From contig OZ024753.1 of assembly GCA_964016885.1 (NCBI GenBank), forward strand, positions 34,844,001 through 34,908,000: DNA of 64,000 bases. The letters are read 5' to 3'. Each line of letters starts with the position of its first letter. Position 1 is the stretch's first letter. Below are positions 39,856-53,851 of this stretch, piece after piece. Source of the DNA: Eledone cirrhosa. Taxonomy: Eukaryota. The notes below the pieces were generated by a model. That model was not told the DNA's origin and did no database searches. It saw only the letters and a list, made by a program, of their open reading frames with translations. A program made the position numbers and the translations under genes.

Positions 39856-40194
39856 GGAGGCACATGGCTTAGTGGTTAGAGCATTGACCTTGCAATCGAA
39901 AGGTTGTGAGTTCAATTCTTAGACTGGGTGATGTGTTGTTTCCTTGAGCAAGACACTTTATTTCACATTGCTCCAGTTTACTCAGCTGTAGAAATGAGAT
40001 GATAGGGACTGGGGTCCATATCACTCCACTGCAAAGTGGTCGTGGAGGTGCCACGGCAAAAAAGCACCCACCACTCACTGTAAATGAGGTTGGTGTTAGG
40101 AAGGGCATCCAGCTGTAGAAATCAAGCCAGAATTAGTTTCTGTCCCACCCTTGCAAGCAGGGAAAAGCGGACATAAAATGAAATGAAATGATGA
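39855..40194 (+). mobile_element. SINE family B, full length
   Basis: tRNA-like head, CORE-like centre, RTE-like tail. Confidence 0.85.
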
Positions 40195-40354
40195 CACACA
40201 CACATATTTATACATATAAGTAGAAGGGGTATTTAATTTGTTGGAAGTCCAACAAATATAAATGTTTATAACTGATTTAGAGCACTCAACAGTTTACTGG
40301 AGTAAATATTCAATGATATTAAATGAATGGAAACTTTATTTATAAAACCATATT

Positions 40355-40417
40355 TATTTTATTATATATATTTCAAGGGTACCAAGACACATTGGTGCGC
40401 TTTCATCAGATTAAATA
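40355..40417 (-). ncRNA. Hammerhead ribozyme
   Basis: Inverted copy of 40531-40593. Confidence 0.7.
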
Positions 40418-40530
40418 CGAAGTTTGTTTTATAAATAGAGACATACCCATGAAAAACATACCTTATCAGTGAATTTCCAACCGATAAGGTGTTTTTCATG
40501 GGTATGTCTCTATTTATAAAACAAACTTTG

Positions 40531-40593
40531 TATTTTATCTGATGAAAGCGCACCAATGTGTCTTGGTACCCTTGAAATATATATAATAAAATA
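40531..40593 (+). ncRNA. Hammerhead ribozyme
   Basis: TATTTTAT-CTGATGA-AAG...CTT-GAAA-TATATA-TA-ATAAAATA. Confidence 0.75.
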
Positions 40594-40637
40594 AATATAG
40601 TTTTATAAATATAGTTTCCATTTATTTAATATCATTG

Positions 40638-40670
40638 TATATATACATATATATATATATACATACACAC

Positions 40671-40719
<49 letters not shown>

Positions 40720-41142
40720 CACACATATATATATACATATATATATATACATACACACATATATATATACATATATATATATATACATACACACATATAT
40801 ATATACATATATATATATACATACACACATATATATATACATATATATACACATATATATATACACATATATATATATACACATATATATATACATACAT
40901 ATATATATACATATATATATATACACATATATATATACACATATATATATATACACATATATATATATATATACACATATATATATATATATACACATAT
41001 ATATATATATACACATATATATATATATATACACATATATATACACATATATATATACACATATATATATATACACATATATATATATACACATATATAT
41101 ATATACACATATATATATATACACATATATATATACATACAT
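40638..41142. repeat. (TA)n/CA microsatellite
   Basis: Direct inspection. Confidence 0.95.
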
Positions 41143-41275
41143 AAATCTAAGGTAAAAGACGAATTGTCAACAATATCTTTTACAATTGCATTCTTTTTTC
41201 TATGTCCATACCTGCATTGTTTTGGCTTTATTATACATATTCAAACGTTTATATATATACATACATATATATATA

Positions 41276-41885
41276 TGGTGGCTGCCAACTCGTTTTCGAG
41301 TACGGCCACTACTTTATATCCATGTAGGAGAACCCCTACCGATGCGCTGAACGAGTGTGACTTTTTAGTCCAGCCAGCGACTTGAAAACTCTGGTACAAA
41401 CACTACACTTGTGACAATTACTGACACATAGTGCTGGGCCCATGGTACCATGTGACGACAAGTGCAGAGAGATCTCCAGATATAAAGCAATGCCTGTGCC
41501 GTGAAGCTTTTATAGTGAGCAAAGGCACTGCACAAAGCCAGTCCCACTCTCTTAACCAAGATGATATTTACCAAAAAGAAGAACAAGTCAACATCATTGG
41601 ATACCATCAGGGTTGCAGGTGTTATATCAGAGTTTTCCTTCTCCTAGAATTCTGCCTTGACAAAGGCTAAGGGGTCATCTCTCCCGGTGATTTTGGATGG
41701 CCATTGACTCTTAAGAGCTCCTTTGCCCTTTGACAGGTTTTGTTTTTAGTCCTGCAGGATGTCCAAAGTCACCCTCCTCACCAAGAAACCTTGGTGGGGT
41801 TGCCAGTTTAGTCGCCAACGACCCGACCATGGGACAGGTTGTACTGGGATACATGTTACCAGTAGCACCAACTGGTGACCTGACA
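41276..41885 (-). mobile_element. Family D retroposon, copy 2 (610 bp)
   Basis: Reverse complement of 865-1474; embedded in (TA)n. Confidence 0.8.
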
Positions 41886-41946
41886 TATATATATATATAT
41901 ACATACATATATATATACATACAAATATATATACATACAAATATAT

Positions 41947-41989
<43 letters not shown>

Positions 41990-42042
41990 TATATATATAT
42001 ATATACACATATATATACATATATATATATACATATATATAC

Positions 42043-42075
<33 letters not shown>

Positions 42076-42210
42076 CATATATATACATATATATATATAT
42101 ACATATATATACATATATATATACATATATATATATATACACACATATATATATATATACACACATATATATATACACACACACACAATATATATATAGA
42201 TATATACACA

Positions 42211-42244
<34 letters not shown>

Positions 42245-42391
42245 CACACACACATATATATATATACACATATATACATACATATATATAAATATATACA
42301 TATATATATATATACACACACACATATATATATATACACATATATACATACACATATATATATATATACATATACACACACACACATATAT

Positions 42392-42424
<33 letters not shown>

Positions 42425-42445
42425 CACACACATATATATATACAC

Positions 42446-42492
<47 letters not shown>

Positions 42493-42497
<5 letters not shown>

Positions 42498-42817
42498 AAG
42501 AAGAAATTATAAGATGGTTAAAAGAGTTCCATATATTTTATTATGCGCATTCCGAATACAAAATTATCCTGGGACAAAAATTGTGTTCTCATCAGATGAA
42601 ATAAGGTAACATGATATGAGGCATAATAGCACTTGTTTACAGGAAAGTGTTAAGTCTACATATGTATTCGAAATGCGCATAATAAAATATATGGAACTCT
42701 TTTAACCATCTTTTAATTTTTTCTTTATTACATATACTCCAGATCTACCTACTGTTGAGTGCTACTTATCTGATATATGCATAGTTTTATTGTTCTACAA
42801 TATTACTCACCTTCTAC
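42493..42817. mobile_element. Inverted hammerhead element with tail 42731-42817
   Basis: 42493-42560 is inverted at 42663-42730; hammerhead 42534-42603 (minus; GAAA mutated to GGAA), intact GAAATGCGCATA on the plus arm. Confidence 0.75.
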
Positions 42818-42988
42818 ATATATATATATACACATATATATATATACAAAAATATATATATATATATTTATATATATATACACATATATATATATACACA
42901 TATATATATATATACACATATATATATATACACATATATATATATATATACACACATATATATATATATACATACACATATATATATA

Positions 42989-43065
<77 letters not shown>

Positions 43066-43273
43066 ACACTAGTTGATTGTAGAGTGTAGTATTTTATTGC
43101 TTCTTTTAGTTGCAATTAGGTTCTGTTTATTAAATTTTGTTTTTTCCCCCTCTCGTTTCTTATTTTTCATGGTTTTCTTTCTCGCTAAACTATTTCTCTC
43201 TCTCTCTCTCCCTTTCTCTCTCTCTTTCTTCCCTTTCTCTCTCAACTACAACAAACAAGAATAAAAATGGAAT

Positions 43274-43307
<34 letters not shown>

Positions 43308-43600
43308 GGAGAAGTAGAAAGAAGATATAAATAAAACAAGGGAAAGTAAAAGAGAGAGAGAGAGAGACAGATTGGGAGAAGGGAAAAGAGAATGAGAGAG
43401 TGGGGGAGGGGAAAAGGGAAAGAGAGAGGGAGAGAGAGAGATTGTGAGGTGGGGGAAAGAGAAAGAGGGGAGAGAAAGAAAGAGAGTGGAAATGAAAGGA
43501 AACTATCAGATACAGGATAGAGATGTGAGATAAACTCAGCTGATTTAGGATATTTCGTATTGGATTGAAATGTTAGCTACATGTAGAATACTGTAGTGCA

Positions 43601-43657
<57 letters not shown>

Positions 43658-43680
43658 TATACATACATTTATATATATAT

Positions 43681-44845
43681 ATTGTTATACTTGGGGAGGG
43701 TCATATTTGTGTAATATTGCCAGAATTAATAACAGAACACACTCACTGTTTGGTTGGTTTTCGCTTTTCGCTTCTGTATCTTTTATATCAGTAATCTAAT
43801 ATAATATAATATACTCGGTCCTCAATGTTGCCATTGACTGACCGACGGTCAAAAATAATACAGATACAATATAGACACAAACACATATATATAGTTTATC
43901 ATAAATCTTTCGTTGCACATCTGCAACATCATCAGTGGTTCTATTGTTTCCTCCTGTTGAATTGTATGGCTACGCCATTTTTATTCGGTCTGTCTATATA
44001 TTTATTTATTTATTTGCTTGTTTGTTTATCTTATTTTATTTTGTCTTCTTTGCGCATGCGTTTGCGTGTGTGTATAGTGTTATGTGTGATGTGTGACTAG
44101 TGTGTATAGTGTTGTGTCTGCTGGGTGACTAGTGTGTGTTTATGTGCTTGTGTATGTATTTATTTATCTTATTTTATTTAATTTTATTTACTTATTTATA
44201 CTTCTCTTAGGTCAGTGTTGTTTGTTTGGGTGTTGTTGTTATTCCATTCATTCTTTCTGTTTAGTCTTGGTCTTCTAATTTCTATTTCACTGGCCTCTCT
44301 GATTTGCCTATCTGCTGGGTCATTTCTATGTTTAGATATTATTCTAATTTCTATGTTGTCTATGTTACCGTCATGTTGTTGTCTGGCATGTTCGTATAGT
44401 ACTGACCCGTTTTTTCGTCCTTTTAGTTCCCCCCAGTGTTGGTCTATCCTTTCACCTATGCTACGAGCTGTCTCACCTATGTATGTTGTTGTCATGTTTC
44501 TGCAGGTACCCTCTGTACATCTTATGCTATAGACTACGTTTCTAGTTTTACAGTTTATCCGGGGGTTTACCTTACATATGATACATTTCCTATTGGTACA
44601 GTGGGTTTTCTTAAAAGGATAGGTTTTGCTGATCAGGGATTTTATGGTGGTTCCTGGCTTTTCTACCACCTTAATTTTTAAGTGGGTCTTTCTCAGGGCC
44701 TTTCTACACTGGTTAGTGTAGAAAGTGAGTGTATTCTGTTATTAATTCTGGCAATAGTACACAAATAGACCCTCCCCAAGTATAACAATATTTGTTTCGA
44801 CACACGATTTCATATAAAAAACCTCGCAAAACTAATTCATCACCG

Positions 44846-44848
<3 letters not shown>
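43681..44848 (-). mobile_element. 5'-truncated Penelope-like element with inverted copy of its 3' end (44724-44848)
   Basis: GIY-YIG ORF on minus strand, 3' UTR to 43681; 43681-43746 is the reverse complement of ~44724-44789; flanked by (TA)n. Confidence 0.85.
44196..44712 (-). CDS. C-terminal GIY-YIG endonuclease of a Penelope-like retroelement (fragment)
   Basis: Cys-rich linker CTNRKCIIC, NVVYSIRC..C..YIGETAR..R..QH..EH (CCHH), EA..I..LN; frame open upstream to the inversion junction. Confidence 0.88.
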
Positions 44849-44896
<48 letters not shown>

Positions 44897-45199
44897 CACA
44901 TATACATACATATATACATACATATATACATACATACATGTATATATATATATGATGGCTGCCCCCTCGTTATCGAGTATGGCCATTGCACGAGAAAAAA
45001 AAAAATATATATATATATATATATACACATATATACATACATATATATATATACATACACACATATACATACACATACATATATATTAATAACAATAATA
45101 ATAATAACAACAATAATAATAACGACAACAACATTAATAATATAGATATATACACATACACACGCACACACATAAACATATCTATACACACACACACAC

Positions 45200-46375
45200 G
45201 ATAGCAACTAACAGCGCTGCGATCGAATGTGGCTTTTTAGCCCAGCCAATGATCTAAAATGTCTTGCACAGAGTCGGCAACCAAAACATTCACTGGGAAT
45301 AGCCGGCTGTGGTTGGAGTTCATGTACTTTTGCATGTCGTTTGAGCCCACCTGCTGATATACAATCTCTACCACATGCTTGGCATGCATGATGAGTAGCA
45401 TCTTCAACAGCAGCCTGGTAGTCAACCACTGGTCTTACTTTATGAATGCGAAGATGACTTTCGAGTCCAGCTTTGCTTAGGCAGAGTCTCGCACAGATGC
45501 TGCATGTCAGCACCATAGGAGGGCCCTCGCCGTCTGGAAGTGCAACAGCAATGCCCTTCCTCACATCCCGCTTTACTTTCTCGTATGCGATTCGAGATGC
45601 CTCAAAGGCAACTTTTCCCTCATATACAGTCTTTCTCCATTTATTACGATCAGCAGCAATATTTTCCCATGTATCAGCAGAGATGTTAGCGTCTTTCAGA
45701 GAGGCTTTCAAGGAATCCTTATACCTCTTTTTTGGTTTATATGGCGGTCGTTTTCCTTTAACTAACTCTCCATAAAAGAGTTGTTTTGGTATTCTAGAAT
45801 CCTTCATCCTGGCAAGGTGACCACTCCAACGGAGTCGTTGCTTAAGCACAAGAGCTTCTATACTATCACACATAGAGCTTTCCAAAATCTCGACATCACT
45901 GATGTGGTCCCTCCAGTGAACGCCATGGATCCGTCTGAGACACATCGCTCCAATTGCTTAAGGTGGTGTCGATATGTGACCCAGGTCTCGCAGGCATAAA
46001 GAAGACAAGAGAGCACACATGCCTTGTACACCTTTACCTTTGTCTTCTTGCATATGTCTCGCCGACCCCAGAGTCGCCTTTCTAGCTTTCCGAAAGCATC
46101 ATTTGCTTTCCTAATCCTAAGTGAGATTTCACTGTCAAGGTTGCTGTATCGATTGACAGTGCTTCCCAGGTAGACAAACTGATCAACCACTCCAAGTCGT
46201 TTACCATACACATAGATATTTGGTTCACTGTACTGCTTACCAGGTGCAGGTTGGTACATGACGACAGTTTTCTTGGGACTGACAGTCAATCCTAGGGCAG
46301 TGCAAGCGTCAGAAAATGCATTCAAAATGTGGTGCATATCACTGTGTGCGCTACAAGATCGCAATCATATGCATA
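45200..46375 (-). mobile_element. RTE-clade LINE fragment: RT C-terminus plus three C2H2-like zinc fingers, frameshifted
   Basis: [10 protein letters not shown] (YADD-like), [44 protein letters not shown]. Confidence 0.9.
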
Positions 46376-46415
46376 CACATACTTACATATATGCATATAT
46401 ACATACATATATACA

Positions 46416-46531
<116 letters not shown>

Positions 46532-46654
46532 GTGTGTGTGTATGTATATATGTATGCATATATGTATGTATGTGTATGCATATGATTGTGATCTTGTAGC
46601 GTACACAGAGAGTGATATGCAGCATATATATATATGTATATATATATGTGTATG

Positions 46655-46697
<43 letters not shown>

Positions 46698-46789
46698 CAC
46701 ATATATATATATATATATATATAATATACATACATATATATATAATACATATAATATACATACATACATATATATATAATATATATAAT

Positions 46790-46834
<45 letters not shown>

Positions 46835-46836
<2 letters not shown>

Positions 46837-47190
46837 GGAGGTGAGTTTTATTGTAGCACAATAAAGAAATGCAAATATCGGATAAGTAACACTCCACAGT
46901 TTACAGGACTGGAGTATAATATACCCCACCCCCGTCATCCTTTATTTTCTTTCTTCCTCTTCCTTTCCTTTTCCTACCCTCCTTTTTTCCCAATCTCATA
47001 TATCCATCTTACTTTATTTTTCATATGTTGATTTAAAACTTCACTGCTCGCAACTGTTTTTTAAGCTTCATATCATGTCTCCCTATTTTATCTGATGAGA
47101 ACGCAAATATCATCCCATGATGATATTTGTTTTTGAAATGCGCATAATAAAATACTTGGAACTCTTTTAACCAACTTTTGATCTTCTATT
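46835..47190. mobile_element. Hammerhead element of the 42493 family; tail (46835-46920) on minus, hammerhead segment on plus
   Basis: Reverse complement of 46835-46920 aligns with 42731-42817; GGAACTCTTTTAACCA shared. Confidence 0.75.
47084..47154 (+). ncRNA. Hammerhead ribozyme
   Basis: TATTTTAT-CTGATGA-long stem II hairpin (GCAAATATCATC/GATGATATTTGT)-GAAA-TGCGCA-TA-ATAAAATA. Confidence 0.8.
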
Positions 47191-47315
47191 ATATATATAT
47201 ATATATAATATACATATAATATAATTACATATATATATATATATATAATATACATACATATATATATATATATTATATACATACATATATTATATATATA
47301 TATAATATACATACA

Positions 47316-48172
47316 TTAGGGATCAGATGTTGTTTAGTCGAGAGAAGGCTACGTTGGTATGGTCACGTGATGCGCATGAAAGACGACAGCTGTATAAAAA
47401 ATTGCAGGGCAATAAAGATAGACGGTAGCCACAGAGTAGGCAGACCCAGAAAAACCTGGGACGACCTGATAAATTCCGACCTCACACACTTACACCTCTC
47501 CAAGACAATGTCACTGGACCGAGATCTTTGGCGGTACTCAGTAATAGAGAAGACCCGCCTTACCTGAAATACAAAGTAAAACCTACTACAGTCAGTAGGC
47601 ATCTCTAACAAAACACACCCCCGTCCCACCACCCCCACCCCATCCACGCCGCCCCTTTCAATGTAAAGTTATGTTGGTGCCACAACATCCAGGCCAAAAC
47701 AAATGAGATCGTGTAGGTGTCACGACAAAAGACACACAGTCCACGCTGTAATGTGGCCGTGTAGGTAACACGGTAAAAACCTCCCAGCCCCACACTGTAA
47801 ATGTGGTTGGTGTTAGGAAGGGCATCCAGCTGTAGAAAACCCGCCAGACAGTCCACGCTGTAATGTGGCCGTGTAGGCAACACGGTAAAAACCTCCCAGT
47901 CCCACACTGTAAATGTGGTTGGTGTTAGGAAGGGCATCCAGCTGTAGAAAACCCGCCAGACAGTCCACGCTGTAATGTGGCCGTGTAGGCAACACGGTAA
48001 AAACCTCCCAGTCCCACACTGTAAATGTGGTTGGTGTTAGGAAGGGCATCCAGCTGTAGAAAACCCGCCAGACAGTCCTATGCGAGCAAGACAACCACTC
48101 TTGCCTCAAGTGGGAAAACTCCCGTCCAAACCCATGCAAGCGTGGAACATGGACGTTAAACGATGATGATGA
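47316..48172 (+). mobile_element. RTE LINE 3' end with three tandem 112-bp units in the 3' UTR
   Basis: RLRWYGHVMRM..GRPRKTW; units start at 47737, 47849, 47961. Confidence 0.85.
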
Positions 48173-48198
48173 TATATATATATATATAATATACATAC

Positions 48199-48305
<107 letters not shown>

Positions 48306-48617
48306 CATACATATATATATATAATATACATACATATATATATATATAATATACATACATATATATATATATAATATACATACATATATATATATATATA
48401 ATATACATACATATATATATATATATAATATACATACATATATATATATATATAATATACATACATATATATATATATAATATACATACATATATATATA
48501 TATAATATACATACATATATATATATATATATAATATACATACATATATATATAATATACATACATATATATAATATACATACATATATATAATATACAT
48601 ACATATATATATATATG

Positions 48618-48668
<51 letters not shown>

Positions 48669-48736
48669 ATATATATAATATACATATATATATATATATA
48701 ATGTGCCTGCATGCATATGTACATGTTTATGTCTGT

Positions 48737-48793
<57 letters not shown>

Positions 48794-48877
48794 TGGAAAG
48801 CAGATGTAAAATGATGATGAAAATATTCACACACACACGCACGCACACACACACACGCACACACACACACACACATA

Positions 48878-49224
48878 TCATCATCATCATCATCATTTCA
48901 TTTTACGTCCACTTTTCCCTGCTTGCAAGGGTGGGACGGGAACTGATTCTGGCTTGATTTCTACAGCTGGATGCCCTTCCTAACACCAACCTCATTTACA
49001 GTGAGTGCTGGGTGATTTTTTGCCGTGACACCTCCACGACCACTTTGCAGTGGAATGATAGGGAGCCCAGTCCCTATCATCTCATTTCTACAGCTGAGTA
49101 AACTGGAGCAATGTGAAATAAAGTGCCTTGCTCAACGAAACAACACATCACCCGGTCTGAGAATTGAACTCACAACCTTTCGATTGCAAGGCCAATGCTC
49201 TAACCACTAAGCCATGTGCCTCCA
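48878..49224 (-). mobile_element. SINE family B
   Basis: Full-length reverse complement of 39855-40194. Confidence 0.85.
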
Positions 49225-49519
49225 TATATATATATATATATACATACATGCACACATATATACAACATAGATAGATATATATATATATATACATACATAT
49301 GTGCGTACATATGTGCATACAAAAGTGCATGCATGAGTGCATGTATCTACTCCAATCCCTCTAAATCCTGATAGCAAACAATAACCACTTATATTGGTGT
49401 TGCTTACCAGAAGAGATGACCTTTTGTAAGTCCTACTCACAGGTATTTTGTAAAGAGGTCAAGTGTGTAACATAGCAAAGACTCTAGGTCTACATTAGAC
49501 AAAGATAATACTATACAGA

Positions 49520-50063
49520 TAGGCTATTTAAACACTCGTTCACACTCACATACTGATACACACACACACAGACAGACATACACACAGGCAGACAGACAGA
49601 CAGACAGACACACACACACACAGACAGACATACACACAGGCAGACACACACAGAGAGACAGACACACACACACACAGACTAGGCTATTTAAACACTGGTT
49701 CACACTCACATACTGATACACACACACACAGACAGACATACACACAGGCAGACAGACAGACAGACAGACACACACAGAGAGACAGACATACACACAGGCA
49801 GACATACACACAGGCAGACACACACAGAGAGACAGACATACACACAGGCAGACATACACACAGGCAGACACACACAGAGAGACAGACACACACACACACA
49901 GATAGGCTATTTAAACACTCGTTCACACTCACATACTGATACACACACACTCACACACACACACACACACACAGACAGACATACACACAGAGAGACAGAC
50001 ACACACACAGATAGGCTATTTAAACACTCGTTCACACTCACATACTGATACACACACACACAC

Positions 50064-50096
<33 letters not shown>

Positions 50097-50687
50097 GACA
50101 GACACACACACACACACACAGACAGACATACACACAGACAGACAGACAGACAGACACACACAGAGAGACAGACATACACACAGGCAGACATACACACAGG
50201 CAGACACACACAGAGAGACAGACACACACACACACAGACTAGGCTATTTAAACACTCGTTCACACTCACATACTGATACACACACACTCACACACACACA
50301 CACACACACACAGACACACACAGGCAGACAGACAGACAGACAGACAGACAGAGACAGACACACACACACACACACAGACACACACACACACACACACACA
50401 GACAGACATACGCACAGGCAGACAGACAGACAGACAGACACAGAGAGAGAGACAGACATACACACAGGCAGACAGACAGACAGACAGACACACACAGAGA
50501 GACAGACATACACACAGGCAGACATACACACAGGCAGACACACACAGAGAGACAGACACACACACACACAGAATAGGCTATTTAAACACTCGTTCACACT
50601 CACATACTGATACACACACACTCACACGCACACACACGCACACACACACACAGACAGACAGACACACACAGAGACAGACAGACACAC

Positions 50688-50744
<57 letters not shown>

Positions 50745-50841
50745 GAGAGACAGACACACACACACAGAGACAGACAGACACACACAGAGACAGACACACA
50801 CACACAGAGACATACACACACACACACAGACAGACATACAC

Positions 50842-50872
<31 letters not shown>

Positions 50873-51050
50873 CACACACACAGACAGACAGACAGACACA
50901 CACACAGAGACAGACACACACACAGAGACAGACACACACACACAGAGACATACACACACACACAGACAGACATACACACAAACAGACAGACAGACAGACA
51001 GACACACACATATACATATTCACACACACACACACACACACACAGTCAGT
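49520..51050. repeat. Anchored minisatellite: 6 copies of TAGGCTATTTAAACACTCGTTCACACTCACATACTGATA separated by CA/CAGA spacers
   Basis: Anchors at ~49520, 49680, 49903, 50012, 50240, 50574. Confidence 0.85.
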
Positions 51051-52070
51051 CACTCACACATAGGCAAACATGCTTCTTTGACACACACACACACACACAC
51101 ATATATATAGATATATTGAAAGACACAAACACACACATATTCACATACAATCACACATACACACAAACACGCACTACACTCAAATACACACATATCTCAG
51201 GAGCCTCTATATAGTCACATAACTACAACACACACACATACACACACACACAACCACATGCTACACACACACACACAACCACATGCTACACTCACACATA
51301 CATACACACACACTAATACTTTCTACACAGAAATGTATTCATATCTCAGGAACCTTTACACAATCACATAACTACAAATAACACCTGAATCTCCCTCAAA
51401 TAACACTTACACGCCTTTAAAAAAGGAAGGTCACACTGGAGAATTTAGAGGCTGATATATAAAAAAATGGGCTGGTCATAGTTGGTAACCCTTCGATCTT
51501 ATGTCTACTCAATCAGAGCTAACCTGGATTTAAACAAGCAACCAATGAACCAACAACCAGCATATTGGTTTTAGGCCTACATATCCACAGTAGCCATGTG
51601 TAGGTCAGACATGAATTTCAAAACACATACTGCAAAGCATCTCCTCTGACATTCTAACAATTCCACCAAACCATCAATACTCGATTCACACCTTATTTAT
51701 AGTCCCCAAAAAATGAAAGGCTAAGTTCAACTCAGAGGATAGAACAAATACCACAAAATGTAACTCTTTCATTAACATAGATAACGATATAACAGTCACT
51801 ATCGAAGTCAGGGATAGGAATACTGGCAACCTCAGAATAAAAGAATATATACTAATGACCAAACTGAAACCCTAAACAAACAATAGACTAGAACTCAACA
51901 CCCAGTTGCTAACATAGGCAAATAGTGGAATACTCTAATGATACTGCTAGTTCACTGTCCTAGAATGTATTTTTTTAATTTTATTTTGCTCACCCCAAAC
52001 AAGGCAATAAAGCCACTAAAATGCTAGGGGTTGCTGAGAAAGGAAAAGGATAAGACAGAGAGAACATAAT

Positions 52071-52250
52071 TCAAGGAGAGAGTTGATGATAATTGATGTT
52101 GCTTTTGAATTTTTGCAAATTGTGGTGGTCATAAAAACAAGAAGCTGGAAGAGAATCCCATAGGTGAGATGTGCAAGTGAAGAAATTATCAGAGTAGAAT
52201 TTGTAAATGAATTTAGGAATTTGAACTATAAATGGATGATACCTAGGAAA
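52071..52250 (-). mobile_element. Degenerate CR1/Jockey-group LINE 3' end
   Basis: HPF..IP..NFFTCTSHLWDSLP..NLQKFKSNIN resembles the SFFPR..LWNSLP..FK terminal motif. Confidence 0.55.
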
Positions 52251-52354
52251 GCTCATCGGAACAACTCCCAGAAAAATATTTATAGAAAAGGCTAAGAGAG
52301 GCAACATTTTGATGGTGATAGTAATTGAAGCTGACATGATAAGTCAGGACCAAT

Positions 52355-52541
52355 AATTGTTTCTACTTTTGGCACAAGGCCAGCAATTACCCAGTACATT
52401 ACTGGTACTGTATTTTATCGACCCAGTAAGGATGAAAGGCAAAGTTAACCTCGGCGGGATTTGAACTCAGATCATAAAGGGACGTAACCATGCTAGAAAG
52501 CATGGTGTCCAGCCCGCTACCGATACTGCCAATCCACTGCC
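52355..52541 (-). mobile_element. SINE family A
   Basis: Full-length match. Confidence 0.8.
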
Positions 52542-53194
52542 AATAATGTTGATGATTCTTCTTTGATCTTATTTAGACTTTCAAGGTGCACAGCTGAAGC
52601 ACCAGTTTAGATGTGGCAACAGTACTCAATACAAGGATAAAAGGTGGATTTGTAAAGATATATTTTCAGGCATATTTCTTTATTTATTGACCCAATAAGG
52701 ATGAAAAGCAAAATAGGCCTCACTAAGATTCGAACTCAGATTGCAAGGAGCTGGAATGAACATTGCAAGGCTACCATACATACAATTCTACCATATATAC
52801 ATATCATCATCATTTTACTTATGCTTCTTATACACAGTTTCCCTCTTAACTCATCTATGCTTAGTCATTCACGCACATTGACATTGCACATCCATTTACA
52901 TAATGTATAGGGCACTCTATTTTTGGTAACATAGATAGCATATGTCTAAATGCTAATGTAGCAGATAAGTATATTTAGATGACCTTTTAGTAAAAGACCA
53001 AAAACAATTGAGATAGAAATAAAAAAAAAAGGAAAACATTTGAAAATGAACTACTGTGGAATTTAAAGTTGAACAGATTTACAATAACAAATATTAGTAT
53101 ATATACAATATATATATATAGTATATATATACAGTATATATACAATATATATATATAGTATATATATACAGTATATATACAATATATATACAGT

Positions 53195-53538
53195 AAGGAT
53201 AAAGACTCCCTTCGGTCATGAATGACCATGGGATTTGCATCTAAAAAGTTCCCCTTAGAGACACAAGTCTGGGCAAGGATGTTTGTGGAAGGCCAGCAGT
53301 CACCCATGCATACCAATCTCCCCTCTCCATGCAACTGAGGTTGTCCAAGGGAAAGGCAATGGCCGATACAGCTTGACACCAGTGACACCAGTGACATTTC
53401 TACAGCTGAGTGAACTGGAGCAACATGAAATAAAGTGTCTTGCTCAAGAACACGATGCAAAGCCCCCGTCCGAGAATCAAACTCACAACCTAACAATTGT
53501 TAAGCCCAATGCTCTAACCAATAAGCCATGTGCCTTCA
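53195..53538 (-). mobile_element. SINE with family-B-like head/core and a different 3' half
   Basis: Shares TGAAATAAAGTGTCTTGCTCAAG and the tRNA-like head; distinct GGTCATGAATGACCATGGG 3' part. Confidence 0.7.
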
Positions 53539-53551
53539 CAATATATATATA

Positions 53552-53651
53552 CAGGGTGTCCCAAAAAATTTGACATCATTTCGCAGGCCAATAGAAGTAG
53601 TTTTCGAGATATTTGCTTTTAAAATAATGTCAAATTTTTTGGGACACCCTG
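53552..53651. mobile_element. 100-bp Tc1/mariner-type MITE
   Basis: TIR CAGGGTGTCCCAAAAAATTTGACAT, TA flanks. Confidence 0.85.
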
Positions 53652-53709
53652 TATATATATATATATAAATTCAAATATTAACAAAATAGATATTCTTGTG
53701 ATCAATTAA

Positions 53710-53775
53710 ATTTTATTATACATATTTCAGAGGTACTTGAATCAAGTTCAACAGTACGTCCTCATCAGATAAAAT
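53710..53775 (-). ncRNA. Hammerhead ribozyme
   Basis: Inverted copy of 53787-53851. Confidence 0.72.
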
Positions 53776-53786
53776 AAAATGATTTT

Positions 53787-53851
53787 ATTTTATCTGATGA
53801 GGACATACTGTTGAACTTGATTCAGTACCTCTGAAATATGTATAATAAAAT
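53787..53851 (+). ncRNA. Hammerhead ribozyme
   Basis: ATTTTAT-CTGATGA-GGA...TCT-GAAA-TATGTA-TA-ATAAAAT. Confidence 0.72.

Larger units (their letters stand above)
40237..40637. mobile_element. Palindromic hammerhead element with tail on the left (40237-40310)
   Basis: Arms ~40311-40468 / ~40482-40637. Confidence 0.8.
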
